Source of the DNA: an uncultured delta proteobacterium | GTDB lineage: Bacteria > Desulfobacterota > Desulfobacteria > Desulfobacterales > Desulfatirhabdiaceae | Reading direction: 5' to 3' | NCBI GenBank assembly: GCA_963789395.1 | Contig: CAWBKP010000016.1 | Location: 1 to 51,490 of the forward strand | Length of the DNA stretch: 51,490 bases | In this document: positions 44,997-51,490 of the stretch, piece by piece | Numbering within the stretch: the first letter of the stretch is position 1 | Layout of the letters: every line of letters begins with the position of its first letter | Program-made: the position numbers and the translations under genes | Notes under the pieces: generated by a model | What the model saw: only the letters and a program-made list of their open reading frames with translations | Database searches by the model: none | What the model was told of the DNA's origin: nothing

Positions 44997-45247
44997 TCGG
45001 CATAAACGCTGACTTTTTTTCGGGTCCGACCATAGCGTTCATATTTGACGACGCCATCCATCGTAGCAAAAAGGGTATAATCTTTTCCTAATCCCACATT
45101 GTTTCCCGGATGAATCTGCGTGCCGACCTGGCGAACCAGAATGTTCCCGGCTCGAACGATTTCACCACCGAAACGTTTGACGCCTCTGCGCTGGGCATTG
45201 CTGTCGCGGCCGTTTCGTGAGCTGCCGCCTGCTTTTTTGTGTGCCAT
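44993..45247 (-). CDS. rpmA: 50S ribosomal protein L27
   Basis: [17 protein letters not shown]. Confidence 0.98.
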   Translation of the reverse strand: MAHKKAGGSSRNGRDSNAQRRGVKRFGGEIVRAGNILVRQVGTQIHPGNNVGLGKDYTLFATMDGVVKYERYGRTRKKVSVYAE

Positions 45248-45343
45248 ATCCTAAACTCTCCACATCACCTGTCAAACATTACCTGCCAGCAAAAACAATC
45301 CAATAAAAGATCCATCTCGGTTCAAAACCGAGAAATTTCAGGA

Positions 45344-45655
45344 TCAGACTTCGATGCTGTCGATTTTTACGGCGGTATAATCCTGACGATGGCCTTGCTT
45401 TTTGCGATAGCCTTTTCGGCGTTTAAATTTAAATACGATGATTTTATTTCCCCGATCCTGTTCCACAATACGCGCATTGACCTTGGCGTTCTCCAGAACC
45501 GGTTTACCCACGGAAAGATTTTCACCATCCGAATAGAGAAGTACTTTATCAAAAGCCACAGTCGATCCGACTTCCCCTGGAATTTTCTCAATCCTCAGTG
45601 TTTCGCCCGCCTGAACCCTGTATTGTTTTCCGCCTGTTGCAACGACAGCGTACAT
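45344..45655 (-). CDS. rplU: 50S ribosomal protein L21
   Basis: MYAVVATGGKQYRV..KRRKGYRKKQGHRQ. Confidence 0.98.
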   Translation of the reverse strand: MYAVVATGGKQYRVQAGETLRIEKIPGEVGSTVAFDKVLLYSDGENLSVGKPVLENAKVNARIVEQDRGNKIIVFKFKRRKGYRKKQGHRQDYTAVKIDSIEV

Positions 45656-45828
45656 ATCCTTGACCCTCCTTGAAACAACAAATAAAATACGTTTTAAAAT
45701 CCCCAATTTTTAATCTTTTTGTGAATAATGTCAAGATTTTTCTGTGACAGAAACGGAAAAAATGATACATTCGAGAGAAATACGAACATCAGCCCCGGAA
45801 CCGTCCCTAAAAAAAGCGGAGTCATGCC

Positions 45829-46629
45829 ATGAACTCATTTTCTATGGTAAGTATCATACACAAAGACGGCGATAAAATCCAGTCTGTTTCCATCGATCTT
45901 ATCGGCGAAGAACCTCTTTCGATTCGGATCGACGGTAAGCCCTATTCGGTTGTCATGCGAACACCGGGAGATGAAATCGCCCATGCCGCAGGATTCTGCC
46001 TGACCGAAGGCATCGCCGACGTACCGGAAGACATCACGGCCCTTGCCTGCTGTGACGGTTCGGACAGCAACGTGGTCACGGTGACGCTGACCGAAACCCA
46101 GCGCCGGAAAATTGCCGGTTACCTGGACAGACGCGGATATATCAGCCAGACCAGCTGCGGTATCTGCGGAAAAGAGCTGGTACAGGATATCATGACTGTC
46201 ATCTCGCCGATCCGCGATGACACGCAGTTCAGCATTGACAGCGCCAGCGCCTGTCTGGAAGATTTTTCCAGACACCAGCCCCTGCGCCGGAAAACCCGGG
46301 CCACCCATGCCGCCTTGATCATCGGCACCAGCACCGAAGTGCTGTCTTCGGCCGAAGATGTGGGCCGCCACAATGCCGTAGACAAGGTCATCGGAAAATT
46401 GTTCCTGAATCATACCCTTTCCCAGGCAAAAGGGCTGGTTCTGTCCTCCCGGATCAGCTACGAACTGGTTCAAAAAGCCGCCCGGGCCAAAATCCCCGTC
46501 ATTCTTGCCGTTTCCCGGCCGACGTCTCTTGCGGTAAACCTGGCATCCCGGCTCAATATGACGCTGGCCTGCCTGGCCCCGAAAACCGGCCTGTATGTCT
46601 TCTGCGGAGAGCAGCGGCTGGTTGCCTGA
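45829..46629 (+). CDS. fdhD: Formate dehydrogenase accessory sulfurtransferase
   Basis: EEPL, MRTPG, SCGICG, EDVGRHNAVDK, SSRISYELVQKA. Confidence 0.93.
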   Translation: MNSFSMVSIIHKDGDKIQSVSIDLIGEEPLSIRIDGKPYSVVMRTPGDEIAHAAGFCLTEGIADVPEDITALACCDGSDSNVVTVTLTETQRRKIAGYLDRRGYISQTSCGICGKELVQDIMTVISPIRDDTQFSIDSASACLEDFSRHQPLRRKTRATHAALIIGTSTEVLSSAEDVGRHNAVDKVIGKLFLNHTLSQAKGLVLSSRISYELVQKAARAKIPVILAVSRPTSLAVNLASRLNMTLACLAPKTGLYVFCGEQRLVA

Positions 46630-46657
46630 ACTATGTGAATCGTGAAAGGAAATCGCT

Positions 46658-47890
46658 ATGAAATCAAGAAGACAGCTCGTATGGCTATTGGCGGCGATGA
46701 CCCTGCTTGCGCTAGGGGCTGCAGGGGCTGAAGAAATCAACATCGGCGCACTCAACGACCTGACCGGCGCAACCTCGAATGTGGGCAAGGATTATGCGCT
46801 TGGCGTTGCGGAAGCTGTTAATTATGTCAATGACATTGGCGGCATTAACGGCAAACCCCTCAAACTCTTTCAGTATGATTACGGCTACCGGACCCCTGAA
46901 GTGCTGGCCAAATACACGCTGTTTAACCGGAAAAAATGCGTGGCTATTCTCGGCTGGGGCACGGGAGACACCGAAGCCCTTGCGCCGGCAGTAACCGGTG
47001 ACAGGATACCGTATGTTTCGGCATATTACTCCGCACATCTTTGCGACCCCGGGAAAACGCCTTATAATCTGTTTTTCGCAACGGATTATTCCACCCAGGC
47101 AAGGGCCCTCATCACGGCCTGGTTTGATAAAAAATGGCCGGCCAAACCGGATTTCGGAAAACGCAATCCGCTGATCGTCTGCGCCTACATGGCGGCATCT
47201 CCGTTCAGCAGCGCTGCCATCAAGGCCGCCAAGGACCAGGCCGCGATGCTGGGCTTTGACATCGGGCCGGACCAGGACATTTCCCTTTTTGCCATCGACA
47301 CCAAAAGCCAGATTCAGGAGTTGATAGAAATCAAGCCCGATGTGGTCCTTCATACCAATACCATCATGTCCGTGGCCGCCACGCTGCGGGATGCCCATGC
47401 GCTCAAGATAGGCGCGGACAACATTATCCTGAACCCGGGATTCGATGAAAACCTTCCCGTGCTCGCGGGAAAGGCTGCCGATGGCGCCATGGGATGCGCG
47501 CCCTGGGCTTTTTTCGGACAGAACGTCAAGCTCATGGATAAAGTCATGGAATACGCAAATAAATACAACCCCGGCATTCCTGCCGACAAACGGACCATTC
47601 ATACGGTTCAGGCATGGGCCAATGTTTTGGGACTGGCGGAAGCCTTAAAACGAGCGGACAAGGCAGGCGATCTTTCCGGGGAAAACATCCTGAAAAACGG
47701 ATTTGAAACCATGACGGATTTTGAAGTCGGACTCGGTATGACGCCGGTTTCTTTCTCGACAACGGATCACCGGCCCGAAAGCACTGCCAAAATCTACGAA
47801 TGTCAGGGCGGCAACTTTTTGCTTCTGGATGAAGTGGATTTAAAAACCCGATGGCCCGAGAAATGGCAGCGCCAATGGTTGGGCTGGTAG
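46658..47890 (+). CDS. Orphan Liv-type ABC substrate-binding protein
   Basis: Signal peptide; IGALNDLTGATSNVG..GGINGKPL..DYGY; GWGTGDTEAL. Confidence 0.85.
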   Translation: MKSRRQLVWLLAAMTLLALGAAGAEEINIGALNDLTGATSNVGKDYALGVAEAVNYVNDIGGINGKPLKLFQYDYGYRTPEVLAKYTLFNRKKCVAILGWGTGDTEALAPAVTGDRIPYVSAYYSAHLCDPGKTPYNLFFATDYSTQARALITAWFDKKWPAKPDFGKRNPLIVCAYMAASPFSSAAIKAAKDQAAMLGFDIGPDQDISLFAIDTKSQIQELIEIKPDVVLHTNTIMSVAATLRDAHALKIGADNIILNPGFDENLPVLAGKAADGAMGCAPWAFFGQNVKLMDKVMEYANKYNPGIPADKRTIHTVQAWANVLGLAEALKRADKAGDLSGENILKNGFETMTDFEVGLGMTPVSFSTTDHRPESTAKIYECQGGNFLLLDEVDLKTRWPEKWQRQWLGW

Positions 47891-47980
47891 CCATAAAATG
47901 AACAATTTCAAAACAGCCAAGCGCTCGGCATGAACAGCCGAAGGCCGGAAACGCGTCAATACAGAAAACTAAAGACGTTA

Positions 47981-48113
47981 GAGCCTCTTGTAAGACTTCT
48001 TCAAATTGCCTCTTCCGTCATACCGGCGAAAACCGGTATCCATTGAATTCAAGGACTTCTGGGCCCCGGTTTTCACCGGGGGTGACGAGCGGTGGTACTT
48101 TTGCAAGAGGCTC
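47981..48113. repeat. MITE/REP-like nested palindromic element
   Basis: Terminal IRs GAGCCTCTTGTAAGA / TTTTGCAAGAGGCTC; inner CGTCATACCGGCGAAAACCGGTATCCA pairs with TGGGCCCCGGTTTTCACCGGGGGTGACG. Confidence 0.65.
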
Positions 48114-48170
48114 CTTAAATTGAGAAAACGACGGCTTGCTCAAACCATGCAACTTCAAAGGGAGGGAGTC

Positions 48171-48773
48171 ATGAAACACCGTAACACGATGAACTGCAAA
48201 ATCGTTTTGATTCTGGTTGTCCTGGGATTTCTGTCCGGCTGCGCCGGAATGGCGGGAAAATCCACGGATCAGACGTTTAAGGCGCCAATCGTCACCCTGG
48301 ATTCCATGGAAGTGGCACATTACTGGGGGTGGTGGTATTATGCCAAAGCCGTTCCGCCAACTTATGGTACGGCCGGGAACTACGGCGCGCCGCTCAATCT
48401 GGCATTTATTTTCAATATCCAGAACCCCAATTCCTTTCCCGTCATGCTGGAAAGCCTGAAATTTACCGTTGCCTTTGAAGAATTCGACCTGAACACGCTC
48501 ATTTTAACAGACACCCAGTGGATTCCGCCTGGAAAAATAAACCAGGTCCGCGTCCATGCCATGTTTGACGGCGAGCAGTCCCGGCTCAGCCTGATGCTGG
48601 TTGATGCCGTGAAGCTGAAGGAAAAGGGGACCGACGCCATGACTCTGCTCGATAAATGGTGGACCGGCATATCGCATTCCGATTTTCCGGTTCATGTCAG
48701 GGAAGGAGCGGCCGTATTTAAGGCGGACAACCTGGTTAGGGTAAGCGCTTTCAAGGCCACCTATCCCCAATGA
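48171..48773 (+). CDS. Hypothetical lipoprotein (possibly LEA_2/WHy-like fold)
   Basis: RBS GGAGG; lipobox LSGC after a hydrophobic stretch; IQNPNSFPVMLESLKF resembles the LEA_2 NPN motif. Confidence 0.7.
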   Translation: MKHRNTMNCKIVLILVVLGFLSGCAGMAGKSTDQTFKAPIVTLDSMEVAHYWGWWYYAKAVPPTYGTAGNYGAPLNLAFIFNIQNPNSFPVMLESLKFTVAFEEFDLNTLILTDTQWIPPGKINQVRVHAMFDGEQSRLSLMLVDAVKLKEKGTDAMTLLDKWWTGISHSDFPVHVREGAAVFKADNLVRVSAFKATYPQ

Positions 48774-48969
48774 GAGATCTTCGTTTCCTAACGTTTACGT
48801 TCATGCTCTGACACGGCTGAAAGGGCTATTCGCATTCAATCTTCCAAGCCCGATTCCTTGCACTTGAATTCTCTTTCCACATGCGATAGAGTACAGAATA
48901 TCCATGTGGTTTCCCATAAATTAATCTACTGCTGCTAAATAATCAGCCCAAACCCATAGAACGATACCC

Positions 48970-49431
48970 ATGCAACCCACCACGCAACATAAAAAAATTA
49001 TTGCGGACAACCGAAAAGCCCGGTTCAATTATTTCATCGAAGATGCATACGAAGCGGGGATCGTCCTGAAGGGCACTGAAGTCAAGTCCATGAGAAACGG
49101 CAAGGTCAATATCAAGGATGCGTACGCCAAGATTCAAAATGGAGAAGTCTTTCTCTATCAGATGCATATCGGTGTTTATGCCTTTGCCTATTATGGAAAC
49201 CATGATCCGCTGAGAGTCCGTAAACTGCTGCTGCATCGGCGCGAAATCGAAAAACTTTACGGAAAAGTCAACGAAAAAGGGCTGTCTCTGATTCCGCTTC
49301 AAGTCTATTTTTTCAACGGCAAGGTCAAAGTCAAGATCGGGCTGGCAAAAGGCAAGCACTTGTACGATAAACGGGAAACCATTAAAAAACGGGACGCGCA
49401 GCGGGATTTTGACAGGGGGGGACATAGATAG
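48970..49431 (+). CDS. smpB: SsrA-binding protein
   Basis: [46 protein letters not shown]. Confidence 0.97.
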   Translation: MQPTTQHKKIIADNRKARFNYFIEDAYEAGIVLKGTEVKSMRNGKVNIKDAYAKIQNGEVFLYQMHIGVYAFAYYGNHDPLRVRKLLLHRREIEKLYGKVNEKGLSLIPLQVYFFNGKVKVKIGLAKGKHLYDKRETIKKRDAQRDFDRGGHR

Positions 49432-49451
49432 GCGGGCCTTCGGACCCGCTA

Positions 49452-49480
49452 TTGACAACCTTGCCGGCTTGTTATATAAT
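49452..49480 (+). promoter_or_regulatory. Consensus sigma70 promoter of ssrA
   Basis: TTGACA-17 bp-TATAAT, preceded by hairpin GCGGG-CCTTCGGA-CCCGC after smpB. Confidence 0.85.
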
Positions 49481-49519
49481 GATTAAAGATCTTGTTCTTT
49501 AACATCATCTCCGCAAATG

Positions 49520-49871
49520 GGGGGCGCAACGGCTTCGACGGGGATATTGAAACTTTGGCTGCATACCGAGCTCCTGCCCGCTCGTTAAACTGACGGGAAT
49601 AAATATAATCGCAGACGATTATAACTACGCTGTAGCCGCTTAGGCTACCGTCCTGTCGGATTTACTCCTGCGGATCCGATAAGGGCGTCAACAGCGGGAT
49701 AGCCTGCCTCTGTACGCCTGATTCAAGGCCTGCGAAATTCATATCGGGATAACTGCTTGCAGATCCAGCCTGAAGGAGCCGCAAGTGGTGACAATCAAAC
49801 TTCAGGATATGTATGTAGACGTCAAAGCGGAAAGTTTTCGGACGCGGGTTCAACTCCCGCCGCCTCCACCA
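49520..49871 (+). ncRNA. ssrA: tmRNA, tag peptide (A)ADDYNYAVAA at 49611-49643
   Basis: 5' GGGGGCG..GGCTTCGAC; 3' GCGGGTTCAACTCCCGCCGCCTCCACCA with G3-U70; tag ending YAVAA*; adjacent to smpB. Confidence 0.97.
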
Positions 49872-50442
49872 TTTTTATTAAATAAATATAGTAAGTTATA
49901 ACAATACTATTAATCATTACCCCTTCCAGCCCCATAATAGCCCCACTGTTGGCGAAAAGGTTCACAAAAAAACATCACCACTTTTCGTTCAGCGAAAAAA
50001 TATCCACCCCCATGATTCAGGACAAAAAACTTCAAGTTATATCAGATGCCTGATGCCCTGCCCCAGGTGCGGATCATTTAAATTGAATCCCTGAAGTTTG
50101 GCATTTCAATAGCAGAAGTTCTCGTCCCTGACACTCAACTCGGTTTGCTCACCCACGTTGGGATAATCTATGGCGCCTGCTGTTGGCCACTGGACAGAAA
50201 GACCACTGATAAGATAGAGACTTTGAAGAGCTTTCCGGCCTGTGTCGTGTTCTCATTGCTGTTTTTATTTAAAGTGAAAGACTTATTCTCGTCTGCCTGT
50301 TCCTGCAACTTTGCGGTAACCGCCACTTTCCCGCCGGTATAATGATTCCCGTGGTCTCCACCTGCTTCCCGCTATAGCTTCTTCTCCTCTTCGACGCTGT
50401 AGTCAGATGCTTTTGTTGCTGCTATAGACTGCTGCGCTGCAT

Positions 50443-50747
50443 TTAGCATTTCAAATGTGAAACTATATACAATCAAATGAATATGCTGCCCATATCCAAC
50501 GTGATCGGCGAAATATCACAGATGCGGATATCGTGCGGCGGGTGGAGATGCTGGATGAGAGGAAGGAACAGGGCGGGGATAGGAGAAGTGAAAATATCAA
50601 GGGCTCAAGTGAGCCCTTGAATTCAGAGCGCACAGCCCAAACAACCGCCCAGAAAGCCGGAACATCGCCGACAAAGGTCAAGAAGGTCCGCGCCATCCTT
50701 GACCATACGCCAACAGCAGCGCTGATATTAGCATTTCAAATGTGAAA
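50443..50747 (+). repeat. Pair of identical 20-bp direct repeats TTAGCATTTCAAATGTGAAA (50443-50462 and 50728-50747)
   Basis: Exact match 285 bp apart, with further partial similarity upstream (C.GC.GCGCTG). Confidence 0.8.
50464..50745 (+). pseudogene. Fragment of a ParB-like / phage-island DNA-binding protein
   Basis: EYAAHIQRDRRNITDADIVRRVEMLDERKEQGGDRRS..TAQKAGTSPTKVKKVRAIL resembles the post-ParB-domain HTH region; N-terminal part absent. Confidence 0.5.
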
Positions 50748-51490
50748 GTCCGAGCCCTTCCGCTGTGACTGTTCGTTTTCCGGCGAATGTCACCACAAGG
50801 CCCACCCCCTAAACGCTTCACCTTGCGCCTCTGGTGCGGCCCCGGTTCCGTGATTCCCAAATAAAAAAGGCGATTACCTTTGACGGCATCGCTTCTTGAT
50901 ATACGGATGCGCAAAATTCTTTTAATCCTGCGACTCTGACCGTTAAAATCGTTCATCGACACTTCGGTCTTCCTGAGCGATTTCAGCATAGTCACTGATT
51001 GGGGAAACCAGTGACGATCCGCTCGGCTCACTGAGAGGCCCGTAGAGAGGCGATCGGCTCTTGACCCTAATAAGGAACATGCCCCAGAAACAGATACGAC
51101 CACAGTCGTCATAGTGGCGAGAAGCATTTTTGATGCATTTCCGATATCTGCTGACTGGTTCCCTCCAGAATATTCTGCCGATCACCGCTGAACGATTTCA
51201 CCCGGCATACGATTGTGGAAACCCATGCCTATTTGCCTGCCACCCTGTAAGCCCCGTAGCAAGGCGATCTACACCCGACACATATCCGAGCATGTCCCAG
51301 AGCAAGGATGAAGGCATGGATGTGGGCCGGCAACGCCCATGGTCCTCACTAGAACGCGTTAATTTATTTGACAGAAATGAAAGCTTTGTCATAGGGTGAT
51401 TCTGGAATTTTGTTTGAATTGCGGACCGGTGGGTTCATCAATGGAGTGAAGGATACCTTTCGTATTCGCAATGATGGCCAGACTCAAGGA

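Noticed and set aside
45248..45343. Missing Prp protease gene between rplU and rpmA
   Set aside because: Expected: this L27 starts MAHKK with no N-terminal extension, so Prp is not needed
47915..47928. Third TetR operator (GCCAAGCGCTCGGC)
   Set aside because: Shares only the AGCGCTC core and lacks the TGA..TCA flanks of the two matched sites
50990..51075. Hammerhead- or riboswitch-like RNA (GTCACTG..GAAA..CAGTGAC hairpin, CTGAGAG-GCC..GGC)
   Set aside because: Lacks the CUGANGA..GAAA core and I could not match it to any riboswitch consensus; only a covariance search could rescue it
50678..51399. Short ORFs at the right end as real genes
   Set aside because: Overlapping, mutually exclusive frames with no recognisable domain or convincing RBS

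Overview
Bacterial chromosomal window, probably from a Desulfobacterota (Desulfobacterales-like) organism; this is inferred from gene content and style, not checked against a database. (1) 0.5-19 kb, mostly minus strand: a fatty-acid/acyl-CoA uptake and signalling block. It holds a Liv-type ABC transporter with an embedded acyl-CoA synthetase, a second acyl-CoA ligase, a USP, two cNMP-CBS-DUF294 nucleotidyltransferase proteins, a membrane-anchored PAS-DEDDh exonuclease, a GAF-PAS-LuxR regulator and an HD hydrolase. (2) 19-27.3 kb: TetR-icmF-thiolase-hbd-XRE/cupin-acyl-CoA dehydrogenase operon, with a candidate TetR operator that recurs exactly at 223-241. (3) 27.3-34.1 kb: nested insertions. 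An IS66 element carrying a DUF4338 (DruA-like) passenger gene sits inside an IS1634 transposase, which sits inside a histidine kinase gene; all TIRs and TSDs are resolvable. (4) 34.5-49.9 kb: diguanylate cyclase, hybrid kinase, housekeeping genes (gpmI, rsfS, nadD, proA, proB, obgE, rpmA, rplU, fdhD, smpB) and tmRNA. (5) After tmRNA: an apparently decayed island with a repeat-bracketed ParB-like fragment. Many genes are split by single-base frameshifts without in-frame stops, most likely long-read indel errors, so coordinates of those genes are reconstructed by hand.
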